From the NCBI RefSeq assembly GCF_018350175.1, contig NC_058369.1:49104001-49168000 (forward strand): a DNA stretch of 64,000 nt. Direction: 5' to 3'. Origin of the DNA: Felis catus (taxonomy: Eukaryota). Each line of letters starts with the position of its first letter. Within the stretch, counting starts at the first letter, position 1. The position numbers were made by a program, and so were the translations under genes. The notes below the pieces were generated by a model. It had not been told where the DNA came from and did no database searches. It was given only the letters and a program-made list of their open reading frames with translations. Below, piece by piece: positions 1 through 13,272 of this stretch.

Positions 1-1124
1 GTAGACTAACCATTGAGTGTATTCTACACTCAACATTTTGGTAGATTTGCTGTATAATGTATCCATTCACCAATGCATTCCTCAGACCCTAGTTGGGCTT
101 TGTGTTAGAGACCTGACCATGGCCCTAGAATGAAGCTGGTTAAGGAAACTTAGTAAGGAAAACAATAGACTAGTATCAGGAAAATACCCCAGGTGAATTT
201 ACCTGAATGGTATTGCCTCTTATTGAATGATTCAGGTCTTCATATTTAAACCTCTCAGTAGGCCATAAACAAAAGACACTTGTCCTGGGAAATGGAGGTA
301 ATACAGCTTCATGGCTACTGTGTCCTATGCAAAAGCAAGTGAAAAACAAAGCCTTTGGGTGACCTCAGCTTGGCCAAGGGCATATGCTGCATAAGATGTA
401 AATTCTTCCCAAGCTTCTGAATTCATGAATTAACACTGACCTTACATTAGTCATATTTTCCACTGGATGGATTCTGAAAAGCCTGGAGATATTTTTCTCT
501 TATATACATGCTGAGTTTTTATATTCTAAGTTTTCTGTAACAACTACGGATCATTTGTACAATAAGACCATTTGTTTTGGTTCCTGCTTTAATAAATCAT
601 GGTTCTGCTTTAATGAATAAAAACAAATAATTTATAATTTGTCCATTAATTATTTGCATGTAAATGTGTCTATTGGAGTAACTTACTAAGCCATTGAAAA
701 ACATTTTCCACTGCCAGCTGAGTTACACTCTATTTAGTAACCATCTCTTTTGGGGGAGAGGTCATTTAGTTTTATTTTGTTTGAAAGCAGGGAGGTGCTG
801 GGAAACTAAATCAGATTGAATCTCATGAATATGAAACATCATGAATCCACCAGGCCTAAGGTAGAAAGAGAGGCTTCAGTGAAAATTTAGTTAATTTTAG
901 TTAATAAAAGTGTTTATTAATGGACCTGTCCTATACCAGATCGGTGAGGAGGGCCCTTGGGAGAGTGGCCTTTCTCAGCAAAGCCATCCACAGGGTGAAT
1001 TTTTAATAGCTGGCATTTGCCAAACTTTGCTGCACATTAGAATCATCAAGTCAGCTTCAAAAAATCCCAATGTCCAGGCCCTACCCCTTATCAGTTAAGA
1101 AATTCCAAGATGGAACCCTGACAT

Positions 1125-1126
<2 letters not shown>

Positions 1127-1172
<46 letters not shown>
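1127..1172. repeat. (GT)23 microsatellite
   Basis: Perfect GT run of 46 bp. Confidence 0.99.
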
Positions 1173-1174
<2 letters not shown>

Positions 1175-2199
1175 AAGATCCATGGATGGTTCCAGTGTGT
1201 AACAAAGTTTGGCAAACACCAGTCTAAGAAAGATCTTCCTACCCTATCTATCTATGCCCACTTGTACCAAAAGGTAAAACAAACAAGCAAGCAAACAAAA
1301 ATGAACAAGATGACAAAAACAAAGAAGTACAAGTATAAACTACTCCTTAGCCATTTAATAAGAAGCCTCATTCCTTTGGCTCTTGAAAATGCAGTTGACT
1401 TGAAGACAGGTGAGTCGTTTGGCTAATTGGAGATCATTTCCTGAGGAGCTAGTTTGGAAAAGAGAATGGTTAGATTGTAGATTCCTGAAGGAAGCCCAAG
1501 GAAGGCAAGGTGATGGTGGAGATGGGTTAGAGAAAGACAAAGGGGTAGAGTGGCAAGGACAAGGAAGGAAAGTAGGGTTAAAGGTGGATCAGGTTTGGAT
1601 TCTAAAAGCTTCCAACCAGGAACCCAGAGCATGAGTGAGAAAAATATTCTGAGAGACATCTGGACTACATTTAATATGGAAAACCTAAGGTAAAAAACAT
1701 CTTCAAAAATAGTATCATGGTGTTTGCTTGGAGTATGGGGAACAGGGCCATCTGTTACTCAGTCTGTATATCTCTCTGGCTCTTCTCCTAACCTTGACCC
1801 CTAGGAAGGAAGGGGTCTTTGCCTGACTCAGTTTAAACCCTCTCTTGAAGCCATCTCCAAGCAGCAAAGTGTGAGTTCAAGAACAGACGTGAGTATGGCT
1901 TGGTTGCCATGCTACGTGTGCCTCCTTTCTAAGAGCCTCTCTCTTCATTTTGTCACGGGAACCAATATTTGAAACTTTGTAAAGTTAATGTGAAGACGTA
2001 ATGAAATCGTGACTGAAAGCATGTCCCACAGTGTCTGGGACTTTCTAGGACTCAATATTTTACAACATTTGCTCTTAACCCATCAACTAGCATGGGATGT
2101 CTTGTTCAGTTTTCCAAAGTTGGCTTTGTAAGCAGAGCGCAGAAAGAGTATGCCAGTGCAGAAGGAGTTCACCTCCTTGAAGAGAGCTTTGGGGTATGG

Positions 2200-2520
2200 C
2201 AGTGGCCGGTGTATCAGCTGACTTAAATATTTAGGAAATTTGAGAGGTAGTTTTTAAATGAACATTAAAATTAAGTGGCCTAAACTTACAATCCAATAAA
2301 TTAAAAACAAAGTAAATACTCAAAATTCATACTTCCTAATAATTTTACTGCATTGTACTGTTATCTCTGTGATTGAGGTCATTTCATTCTATTGAATTCG
2401 TATAGTAGAAATACTGTATAATTGTTTACAGTGCTTCTCTATGACATCACATTGCTGACTTGTTAACGGCCACGGTAAATATTTATAGTGTGGAAATCAA
2501 CTAAAAGTCAAGGCTTTCCT
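2200..2520. mobile_element. Old hAT-type DNA transposon relic (MER63-like)
   Basis: aaacttacaatccaataaatt...aaatactcaaaattcatacttcctaataattttact...gaggtcattt...gtagaaatactgtataat resembles the MER63 consensus as recalled. Confidence 0.5.
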
Positions 2521-3119
2521 TCCCCCCCCACCACCTTACTGACCTGGTTAAAACCTTTATCAGCACACCTCTGGGTGTTTTTGGGGAGAAGGGATGGGTG
2601 CAGATCAAGCACCTTAATTAGTATTACGAAGGACAGGTGATGAGTTAGACCCAGAAAAAAATTTTCCCAAAAGGTGCTTAGAAAACCGAGGGAGGAGAAA
2701 GAACTTTCACAGTCTTATTGAAACCAGGCAAGATGCTGAGGAAAGAAATCCAGCGACTAGCAGTAGAATCCATGCTGCTTTCTAATGGTGAAATCAGTTC
2801 TGTTTTCACAAGTGACGATGATGCCAGAAGCTTATGGAACTGCCTAGTGAAATCCAAGGAGACCAACTTTCCCCATCCTAAGACTTGATCTTGCAGAAGA
2901 GATAATCCTTGATCATAAATTTGTAGTGTTAGCAATTTAACTGAATTTTTAAAGTGTACTGAAATGGTCCAGACAACCAGAAGGTATGGAAAGTCATGAA
3001 GTAAACACAATACCATCTTTCTAACACCCTGTGCTGTCTGTACTTCTGCTCTTTTTATACATCGTTTGTTCCTTATTTGCATATCCAAGTAAATATAAAA
3101 TGTTTCTTTTTTACCACTA

Positions 3120-3640
3120 TCATTCTCCCATTTATTGCAGAAAATGTTGCATAATATACTCATTTGCTTTTTTTTTTACCATTAATAATAGATTTTGGTT
3201 ATCTTCCCATATGAGTGCACAAAGAGCTCCTTCATTTTTTTTAAATACTAGCTGAAGAGTATTCCATTATATGAATGGACTCTACTTAATCAGTTATTTC
3301 ATTGCCCCCTAGGTTGTAACCAATCTTTTGCCATTGCATAATGCTGCAATGAGTAACTCTTTATAACAGTAGCAACATAAGGAGTGTCTGCTTCCTGGCA
3401 TCCCAAGAAAGTGACTGAGTGGTCGAAGCGTTGGATTTTGCCAATCTGACAGCTGAGTAATGGTGTCCCCATGGGATTTTAATTTGTGTTTCAGTTACTC
3501 TGAGGGGCCCTCACTTCTCTTTATAGGTTTAGAAGCCATTCCCCTTTCTCCCTTGTCTTGTCTTTTTTTTTTAATGAGTTCTCTTTTCATATTCTTTTCT
3601 CATTTTCTTATGTGGAGGTTTGGCTTCTTTCATTTTAAAG
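3120..3640 (-). mobile_element. Ancient L1M (L1ME/MC-like) fragment
   Basis: Antisense L1 3' motifs: agtattccattatatgaatg, cattgcataatgctgcaatga, ccaatctga...tggtgtc, tttaatttgtgtttc. Confidence 0.6.
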
Positions 3641-4031
3641 CCTGTAGACATCACCTACAAACCTCCAAGGATGGAGCCTATATTCCCATGACTGGTGAGA
3701 TCTGTTTGTTGTGGCCATCCTGCCTAAGCTTTTGGGTAGCTGGGGTAATTGTAATATGGGATGGTGCAAGCGGGTAAGCTCATCTGAAAAGGAGAGGCAA
3801 GTCTGCTCTCAAAAGATTTGTCCATCAAACACAATACTGACAATCTGCATGTGAATTAGATGGCTGCACAGAAACTACACACTGTAAAGTAAAAACCAAC
3901 CTTCAAGCTCAAGTCCAGTCACACCCTCTTAGCTTCTCTCTCTCTGCCTCTGTCTGTCTCTCTCCTTTGACCTGATGGGGCCTTCCCACCTCACCTGAGT
4001 AAGTTGTGCCTCCCATTTTCTCCACACCTTT

Positions 4032-4069
4032 CCTGGCTGTGTTCACTTTGCCTGGCTGTGTTCACTTTG
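4032..4069. repeat. Perfect 19-bp tandem duplication (CCTGGCTGTGTTCACTTTG x2)
   Basis: Copies at 4032-4050 and 4051-4069. Confidence 0.97.
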
Positions 4070-4269
4070 CCCGCATTGCCGAAAACTCACGTATGCTGGT
4101 GTTTGTTTGGTCAGTAGCTGTAGTGTGGTGGTAACACCACCAGGTCTGGAGTTGGATGGTGTGGACTCAAATCTCAGTTTCCCCACAATCTCCTTCAGCA
4201 TTGAGGGACTTTATCTTTCATTCCTTAAGCCCTGGTCTCCTGCTCAGGAGAATCTAGAAAAAAAATGTT

Positions 4270-4380
4270 GCATGGTAGTTAGGATGTGGCTTTTAGAGGT
4301 AGTTAGACCAGAGTTGGAATCCTTGCTTCTCTTCTTCCCAGTCATGGTAAGTTAATTGGGAAAATTACTCAATGACTCTA
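4270..4380 (+). mobile_element. MIR fragment
   Basis: gtagttaggatgtggctttt...agaccagagttggaatccttgcttct...aaattactcaat. Confidence 0.5.
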
Positions 4381-5585
4381 GACCTGTTATCACATTCATA
4401 TTATAGGAAACAAATCTCCATGGGTCTGTCACATTTCTGCATGTTTTGTGAACAAATTAATTCAGCTTTTGTTCCAGACTGTTTTTTTCAAGGATATTTA
4501 TATCATGAACACTGTGGAAGACACAAGTTTCTTCTTATAGAGCAGATGAAAGATTTGTTTTCTGTCCAGGAAAATAAAAATAATGTCCGTCCATGTTAGA
4601 GCTTGGAAGGTATATGTGTGCAGGCCCTATGAGATCCTGGGGTTTTCTAAACTCAAGGTCCTTCATTTGTAATGCAAACCACAGCATGTACAGCATCTAT
4701 CTGGCCCTTCTTCACATCACCCTGTGAGAATTGGGGCCCCAGAAACCAGCACAAATGATGTGACTCTGGTTATTGCTATTACTGTGAATAGTAAACGGTA
4801 CTTTGTCTCTGACCCAGGGCTTGCATGTCTTCTGCCAGCATCCAAAAGACTGTGGTAGGCTAACTTGCTAGTTAAAAGTAGGGTGAAATCTCAGAACCTT
4901 AACATTTCTTGGCATTTATTTCCTGGATGTGTTGCAATAATTAAATGTAGTAAAGTCTGTAGCATGTATGGCATTGTCTATGCCTAGTCCATAATAGAAA
5001 GTAGGTCGAAACTAGAATTATTATTTTTCTGGTTATTATTGTTATGATTATTTCATTACTTGTTCCAGAGGATTGATGTGGGGAATTAGGTGAATGATAT
5101 TAGTGGCTAGTCCAGGGTGGGTTCTCAGGAAGATTTTTTTTTCCATTCATTTAGTGTATCGTCTTGGGGAGGCTATGATAGCAGGAAGAGACCATAGCCC
5201 CGTTTCAAAGGATTCTCAGTGTGTTTTCAGTAAGTCGGTTAAAGGACAGTGGTCCTATGGGGCAGGGGCCTCCCACCTGAGTGTGGGTTTCTAGGACCCC
5301 ACCCTCCGTTCAAACCTTCTATGAGCCATGCAGGGTAGACTTTTACCAGATCTAGGGACATAATTTGGTGCTGCATTCTAATTTTATATTAATACCTCTC
5401 TTGGGGAAGAATATATACAACCTTTGGACCTAAAGTTTTCATTTAAGAATACACTTAAAGACACTAGCGTTTCTGATTCTTGATTTAAATTTCATTAAGC
5501 ACAGTTCCCATGTCACTGGCAGTGGGAGCACTTTGTGACCATGACCCCTGATCACTTAGTTGCCTTCATTTCCCACCCTCCCAAT

Positions 5586-5765
5586 ATTCCATTAACAAAT
5601 ATTACCGGGTGTTTGCTGCAGGCTGGGCATTTGCTATTAGCTATGGTAGTAGATGAAATAGATTTGGTCGCTGCCCTCACAGAGCTTACAATTGAGCAAA
5701 GAAGACAGCAGTAAGTGAATAACATACAAATAAATTGTAACTGCCAGTCAGTGCTGTAGAGGACC
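5586..5765 (-). mobile_element. L2 3'-end fragment
   Basis: attccattaacaaatatt...ctgccctcacagagcttacaat...agacag...cagtgctgtagagg. Confidence 0.65.
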
Positions 5766-5779
5766 CGAACACTGTTGAA

Positions 5780-6150
5780 TTAGTTAAAGTAACCCACTCC
5801 CACATCTCAGCTGCTTAGCATAATAATGATTTCTTTCTCACGTTGGTCACAGGCCAGGATAGTTAGACATTGTGGACTGGGGTTGGCATGGAGATGGAAG
5901 GACCTGGGTTCCATTCAGTCTTTGAAGTGCCCAGACTGTCCATTTGTCCATGTTGCCATTTCTAGGGCCTCCTCCCTTATGTGGCAGGTGGACAGCACTA
6001 AGGCAGCTATTGGAGGGGACGGCTCTATGGGAAGGTCTGCCAATAACGCACACCAGTCTGCTTATAGCATAAATGCAAGGGAGGCTGAGCATGGACAAGC
6101 TGTGTGCCTGGAAGAGCCTTCGCTTGTTTTCTGCCTCAAGGATGAAAATG
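5780..6150 (-). mobile_element. Old MaLR LTR (MLT1J/K-like)
   Basis: agttaaagtaacccactcccacatctcagctgcttagcataataatgatttctttctcac... matches MLT1 antisense start motifs. Confidence 0.5.
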
Positions 6151-6189
6151 TAGAGAATAAGGTGCTCAAGTACAGTGTTGCCCAGTGTG

Positions 6190-6400
6190 ACTTTGGTTAG
6201 GAACATAGCTTCTGGAGTCAGGCTGCCTGGGTCTCCTCCTGGCTCTGCCTCTTGCAAGCCTGGCAGGTTGGCTTTAGTGATCCAGACTCTCCATGCCTCC
6301 CTCTTCTCATCTGTGAAACCTGGATGACAATAACAGAGCATTGTTTTGTGAGCAGTGACATGGAATACCTGATACACTCTATAAATAACATTTAGCATAG
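6190..6400 (+). mobile_element. MIR
   Basis: ctggagtcaggctgcctgggt...ctggctctgcc...cttctcatctgtgaaa...ataataacag core. Confidence 0.7.
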
Positions 6401-7169
6401 GGTTTGATTAGTTTATTCCAAGCACATCATTCCTTTAAATTATTATTGTGGTAGTCATTAGTAATGATACGGCAAGACCTGAAGGAATTAGAATTTTAAA
6501 TCAGAGCGGCAGAAAACACTACTGTTTCTCCAGTACCATATGTCCATTTCCATGTCAATGTGACATTTCACCTGGTCCTTTGCTAACCAGCCCTATCACC
6601 TCTTCCCTTCCCTTTGCCTGGTTATATCAGGCTCCGTGCCTGCCTCCTTACCAGGACTCTGACAGGGTAGATGTGTGGCTTTCGTTTTTACTCAAATTTT
6701 GTAAATAGCTATTGGGCTTTCCTGTCACATAATATGGTAGTTTCAAGTTGCTTTTCTCCAACTGTTAGTCCTCACAGTCTATGTATCTTTTCATGGAAAA
6801 CTAAAACATTATTATGACTGCCTGAATCCCAGGTGGTCTGTTAGGCAGTAGGAATCTTGAATTAGCAGATATGTTCAATTATTGGTACTTACATTCAAGG
6901 CGGACAATTACAGTTAAGGAGCAGAATCACTACTCAACACAGTGGGACAGCTAGCAGCCCCTCATGTCATCAGTCTGAAATGTTTAAAGGGGAATCAGCA
7001 TTTTGGATAATTAATGTAGATTAAGTTGTGTGTTTGAGTATTTTCACCCTCTAAAGTAGGGTTTAAGAGACATAATACTTGTCATAAAGATCCATTGTGA
7101 TCCAGACAAAGTGCCTGGCACGTAGTAAGCATTGAGTTATTCCTACCTGTGGCTGTGTATAGTTTTAGT

Positions 7170-7990
7170 TTACATACTGATTTGACTAATCTTTGTTGGT
7201 TGTCTGTTTGATGCTAGGCCTTGTGCTGGCTGATAAGGACATGGTGGTGAACCAAAACATTGCCCTTTTGCTCAGTGAACTTGCCACTTGGTAGGGGAGG
7301 CAGATGACAATCACATGCTCTCTCACATACCATATCAAACTGCATCTGTGACAATGAATGATGCTATCAGTCCATTATAAGTGAATTTCACCAAGATGAG
7401 AGATTAGGAATGACTTCTTTGAAGAAGTGATCTGGGAGCTGAGGGCTGCAGGATGGAGCAGGAGCTAGCTAGGGAAGAGGAATCTATCAGAAAGAGCCAT
7501 GTGTGCTCAAAGATCTCCTATACGGGTAAGCCTTTGCAGAAAGCTAGGGGATCATGTCATTTGGGATAAGGCCAACAAAGTATGTCTTGAAGGCCACAGT
7601 TAGAATTATGGTACTTTGCTTAAGAGCATGGAAACACACCCATTTATAGGTTTTAAGCAGAGAAGAGTAGGGTTGCTGTGACTAGATTAGACTAGCCTTT
7701 TAAAAGATACCTGTATGTGGCAGATGGAGCCAAGCAGATGTGTTTGGATGAGCATGGAGATTCTTCTGAAAGTCCAGGTTTTCATGAGAAATGAAAAGAG
7801 TTCACTCTCTGGGGATAAAGATGGAGAGTGAGAAATGAAGTTGGCCAGGATAGGCACTTAGAAGGTTTAATTGACAGGACTTGGAGATAGATTAGTTAGG
7901 GAAGGACAATATGGAGGGTCACTCTCCAAGGATTCTGGATTCCTCAACTGTGGGCATAGCCATTCTTTTCACAGGGACAGTGCCTGATCG
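7170..7990 (-). mobile_element. L2 fragment
   Basis: ctaggccttgtgctgg...gaagaagtgatctgggagctgag...ggttttaagcagagaag...ttttaaaagat...gacaggacttggagatagatt. Confidence 0.7.
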
Positions 7991-9249
7991 AACAGATCCT
8001 CAACTAGTTTTGAAGTTTGAGGATATATTTTATAATTAATTTAAAGTTAAAACTAGAATGGCAATATTTGTCAATTCAAAAAAAAACATTGAAGGAGGGA
8101 AAAGGAAATAAATTACCATGTATTCATCACTTTCTGTGTTTGGAGTCTTTTAATTTATGTTCATTCATCTTCTAGAAACTTTTAAGGCAGACACTTGCCT
8201 CACTGATTGAATCAGAAAAATGTTCTGAAAGATCTATTGACTTGCCTAACAATACAAAATAAAAGATAAGGAAAATATGTGTTGGGTCTCAGGCTTATAT
8301 GAGACCAAAATCTACTGCAAGCTTTCTACCACAAAATATTTCCTCTGTACTTATTTCATGTTGGATTCCAGCCCTGGAGGAATTTATAGGAAGATGTAAA
8401 TGCAAATCTTAGAGAGATGATGGTTGTAATTCCACAGTGGAAGTTTAAGCAAGATGCCCTGGGTCTTTAGAGGAGAAAGCCTAAGATTTCTCTGAGCCTT
8501 CTAGAGAAGAGAGACTCTGAGCGGGGTCAGAGAAAGAGATTCACTTTGACCAGGGTCAAGGATGCACAGATGTGGCCGGCCTCTATGAGGTGGATAGACT
8601 GATCACATGAAGAGGGAGAAGAAGGAGGGTGTGTAAAGACATGTTAACGCTACTAGAATTGTTGCCTACATTTAGAGACCCAAGTTTGCGCATGAAAACC
8701 ATAACTGAACATCATATTAAACATACTTGATAACAGTAAAAGACTTAACCTCATTAACAATCTTCAAATAATTTATAATTACTATTATTAAAAATAATTC
8801 TGAACAGAGGCATAAATATGCAAATTTCCTTTTCATTCCCGTAAGCCAGCCATTTACAAACAAGGCAGATCTTTTTATATCTGAGTGTGACCTCAGAGAG
8901 CCATAAAGTCCAGTGAAGAAGGGAACAATCCTTAGAAATAAGCAGGATTAATAATTAATGACTGCGGTTTTGAACCCCTTGGAGCTCTTCTCTTTTTTCC
9001 TCCTGGGCGGGGAGGGAAACACGGCAAAATTAAATAAGCACTGCAATTAATGAAGATATTTTTACAGATCGACTAAAATGTGTACAAGAAAGTAGTAAGC
9101 TTGTTTGCCTCTGGGAGTTTGGTTGCAAGAATGTAAAGAAAATAACTCTTAGTAGTATGAGATTGTGTACCCTTTGAATTTTTAAAAGATAGGTATCTAA
9201 ATACATTTTTAAAAGCCCATTATTTTTGTGTCCTTAAAGCCATCAAGAT

Positions 9250-9400
9250 TATGGACTCAGACCCTTAACACCAGAGCCTAGGTTTCCTCATTCACAAAGC
9301 CCAGGGACTAATTCTTCCCTTGAATGGTTTATAATGAGGATTAGAGACTGTATATATTTAATGCCTAGCATTCAGTTCATGTTCAATAACAATAATTGTA
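9250..9400 (+). mobile_element. MIR fragment
   Basis: gagcctaggtttcctcattcacaaa...ataatgaggattaga...atgcctagca. Confidence 0.5.
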
Positions 9401-10524
9401 TTATTGAAGAGTAAAAACCTTTTTTCATAGGGTGTAGCTAAATAAAATATTTTCTGGCTGCGTCTTAGGTCTGAGGAGGTTTTGCAAGTAAAAATATTGG
9501 CCTGATATTGAAAAAAGTAAAAGAAAAGATGTGAAGGCCTCCAGCATTGATAGAGTGTTTCTGGGCTATAGGAGAATTCCACATTCTAGTGCCAGGAGCC
9601 AAAGGGAGGAAAAAAAATAATAATAAATAACAACAACAACAATAAATTGATTAGTATTATTATGCTCAGAAAGCTTATCTGACCCAGGTGCAAACTAACT
9701 TCCTCTTCATCTCATTGTATTTCCTAAGAGAATTCGAAGTTCATCTATTTCAGTAGATTGCATTACCTAAATGTTACTGACATAGTTTGGGCATTAAACT
9801 ATTACCATTTTCAAGTTCTGGATTAAGAAACTAATTACAAGGCTTTAATAGATAAATCCTAGCTGCCAAGTCTTATGATTATTATAGTGCTGTCTATAAG
9901 GCTGAATAATTCTTTGATCTGTTCACATGGTAACTGTTTTGTAAAAACCATCTGTAAGGTTGTATTCAATCTTCAGAGCAGTCCTCAAGAATTGTGTTCA
10001 AATATGGCCATTGAAATCTGGGAAGCTTGTTATTAAAAGCATGTCCAACAAAGTGGTTAATTTTCCTCCGAGAAGATGTCAATTAACCCTAATAGAATTA
10101 TTTTGGTACTGATTTTGTTTAATCAAACATCACAAAATAATTGAGCTCAGAACAAATGGCTTATTACAGAAATGTGCAGGTTGGCAAGAAAGACTAGAGA
10201 GTGCATTTCAATAATGCATATATATTAACAGTTACTTTTTTTCATTAAAATGGGCAGTTACAGAGGGACCTGGTGCTCCAGGCATCGATGGGATGTGTGG
10301 GCCTTACATCACTTCTTGGTTTCTCATCCCACAGAAGGTTCAGGGATCTGACAGAAGGGAGCACTTGGAGGTTTGAAATGAAGGGAAAGTGGTGCTAATT
10401 TATCACCTAACAAGTCTGGGGTGGACAAAACCCAAGGTTTGTGACACACATTGATTTACAGACTTCCCACAAGCCATCCCTGCATCCAGGGTCTCCAGAA
10501 ACATCTTTAAAAACATAATTTCAG

Positions 10525-10720
10525 CCACTATTTCAAACCTCTGGCTGCACATAAGAATCATATGAGGAGCTTTTAAAATCTACTGATATATAGGCCCTGA
10601 ACAATTAAATCAGACCCCCTCTGGCTGGGCGGCCTTGATGTGGGTATGTTTCTTTTTTTCCTTTTTTTTTTTTTTCTTTGATGTCAAAACCTCCCAACAT
10701 ATCCAGGGCAGAGTACTACG
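10525..10720. mobile_element. MER5A-like hAT-Charlie MITE
   Basis: ttcaaacctctggctgcacataagaatcatatgaggagcttttaaaat...aattaaatcaga. Confidence 0.6.
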
Positions 10721-10835
10721 GCTTTGAGTCATCAGTCATTGTACGGGGTTATTTTGCAACTTCTCTGCAAAGGTGAGTTAACATAGAGGATTAGTTTGTC
10801 AAACCCGATTTGCACAAATCAGTGATTTTACCCAG

Positions 10836-11219
10836 CGTATTAGCTCAGGCCACTGTAACAGAATACCACACACTGGGTGGCTTCAACCTCAGAAATGTGT
10901 TATCTCCCAGTTCTGGAGACTAGAGTCCAAGATCAAGGTGCCAGCAGGCTTGGTGTCTGCTGAGACCTCTCTTCCTGGCTTGTAGATGCCAACTTCTTGC
11001 TGTGTCCTCATGTGTCCTTTACTGTGTACATACACACACTCCTGGCGACTCTTTACATCTTATAAGGACACTGGTTCTGTCAGACTAGGGCCCCACCCTT
11101 GGGGCTTTGTTCAACCTTAATAATCTGCTTAAAGCCTCATCTCAAAATAGAGTCACATGGCATTAGGGTTAGGGCTTTAACTTAAGAATTTGGGGAGGAC
11201 ATTCTTCATGTCCATAAAA
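10836..11219 (-). mobile_element. MLT1A/B-type MaLR solo LTR
   Basis: cgtattag...gtaacagaataccacacactgggtggctt...cagttctggagactagagtccaagatcaaggtgccagcagg...cttataaggacact...gaatttggggagga...tccataaaa; near-TSD cccag/cccac. Confidence 0.85.
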
Positions 11220-11842
11220 CCCACTAACAAGCTTTTTACTTTGAATTCCAGAGTTACAAATAATTGTGAGACACAGACAAAGTAGGGAGAGGTCTGAAAG
11301 TATCAACACCATCCCCTGGGTCCTTTCTTGCCTTCGGTCTCTGGGTAAGAAATGAGGTTTGTAAGTAATTTATGTGGCTACATAGAAAGAAAAAACTTTT
11401 TCTGGACATGAAACACCATTATTTTAAACTTAGATAGGCACACAGCTTACAAGGTGTTTTCTAGGATATCATACCCTGTAAATTGATAGATTCTAGCTGG
11501 TTTGTTTAACATAAGCAATTTCACACTGACTAGGTACATCCTGGTTAGGAGCATCCCAGAGATAAAAATCTCCAGCTGCCATTGGTTTGTTTGCCAGGAA
11601 GCCCATTGTTATAAAAAGGAGACTTGACTCAGCAACTTTTTTTTTTTCCGGAAGATGTTCCCATATTCACTCTCCCCTACTGCTCCATAAAGGAGGAAAA
11701 TAAATGGTAGCCTTGCTGATAACCATATCCTTCATAGTAGGATGCACAACAGTTCTGGGTTGATCTCCTTCTTAGTCTCTGCCCTTATTGAGAGTGTTGT
11801 TAATCCCACATTTAGGCTCTGGACATTCTGACTTCAGTTCCT

Positions 11843-12007
11843 TAACACTTTGCTGTTAAGGTGTAGTCCTTAGACCAGCACTGTCACCTGGGAGCTTGTT
11901 AAAAATGCAAAATATCAGTCCCACTCCAGGTGGACTAAATCAAACTTTGCACTGTAACAAGATTCCCAGGGGATTTGTTCACAAATTAAAGTTGGAGAGG
12001 CACTGTT
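11843..12007. mobile_element. MER5A
   Basis: tcacctgggagcttgttaaaaatgcaaaat...aacaagattcccagggg...aaagttggagaggcactg. Confidence 0.7.
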
Positions 12008-12009
12008 AC

Positions 12010-12565
12010 AACATGCCAGTCTTCTCAGCCTCAGGGCCTTAGCAGTAGCCCTGTTAATTCCCATGCTTGTGTCCTTACCTTTCAGGTCATAGCTTAAAAA
12101 TTACCTTTTCTCTTTATCTATGGAGAGGAGCTGCCCCCTTGTTATTCTTGCATTAGTACATTATTTATTCCCTGCTTAACACTTGTTATATGTTTTATTT
12201 GTTGTATTGTTTATTTGTCTTACTAACTTAAGCTCTTTGAGGTAAGGAATCCTATCCAACTGGATCATCAGCCATATCCTAATCAACAACACTTTGTGTA
12301 TACTGGGTAGACAGTAAATAGTTGTTTTTTTTTTTTTCAACGTTTATTTATTTTTGGGACAGAGAGAGACAGAGCATGAACGGGGGAGGGGCAGAGAGAG
12401 AGGGAGACACAGAATCTGAAACAGGCTCCAGGCTCTGAGCCATCAGCCCAGAGCCCGACGCGGGGCTCGAACTCACGGACCGCGAGATCGTGACCTGGCT
12501 GAAGTCGGACGCTTAACCGACTGCGCCACCCAGGCGCCCCAATAGTTGTTGAATCAATAATAAGC
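12010..12565 (+). mobile_element. L2 3' end interrupted by a SINE
   Basis: cctcagggccttagca...taagctctttgaggtaagga...agtaaatagttg[SINE]aatagttgttgaatcaat. Confidence 0.6.
12327..12540 (-). mobile_element. Young felid Can-SINE (SINEC_Fc type)
   Basis: Reverse complement of ggggcgcctgggtggcgcagtcggttaagcgtccgacttcagccagg...; CpGs intact; T tail; perfect 10-bp TSD AATAGTTGTT (12317-12326 / 12541-12550). Confidence 0.97.
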
Positions 12566-13272
12566 AAACTGATTTTCCATGATCTGGTGCCTGTGTCTGT
12601 CTCTAACATTATCTTCTTTATTTTTAACTTGTACTCTGTATTTCAGCTCAACTTAAAATACTTATAGCCCTTTATCCTCAACCCCATCCCTGAATTGAGT
12701 GTTTTCATGCTTTCTTGGATTTGTTTGAGCTGCTCACTCTTCCTAGTTGCTTTCTCCCCACTTTTGTCCCTCTAAAGAGTGCATATTCATCCAGAGACTC
12801 TGCTCCAGTATCCTACAAAGGCAGGTCAAGGATCAGTTGGGCCACAATTGTATCTTGAGTTACATTGGATTTTAGTGACATTAACGTGCAAATGTCCAGC
12901 ATGACACCAGAATCCTATTGAGAGAGAAGAAGTAAGTGTTTCTCATATCTGTATTGTCATTGCTTAATGTGGTGCATGAGCACAGGAGCTTCTTAGTGGC
13001 CTTTGAATTAGGAGACAGGAGAAATACAAGATGATGTCTGGAGGATGATTTAAAAACATGTCTCCTTAAAAATTTTGCTGTGAAAGATCCTTTCCAGACA
13101 TCATAGTTCCTGCAGTCCTGTATGCACTTTCCATGATGAAAAAGTACTTTTCATATCCCTTTATTTAGTTGTCTAGCATTCCTGGTTAGATAAGCTGAAT
13201 CAAATAAACACTTCATTTGCCTTGCTTGCTGAAGATAACCTCGCTTCTCCCTGTAAAAATAAACAAATATGC

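Noticed and set aside
578-620. Imperfect 21-22-bp tandem repeat tggtt(c)ctgctttaat...
   Set aside because: Ordinary old local duplication with no further structure.
2678-3163. 161-aa minus-strand ORF, with an overlapping open plus frame (MLRKEIQRLAVESMLLS...)
   Set aside because: No recognisable homology or convincing splice or promoter context, and it starts next to an L1 relic. Length is within chance expectation.
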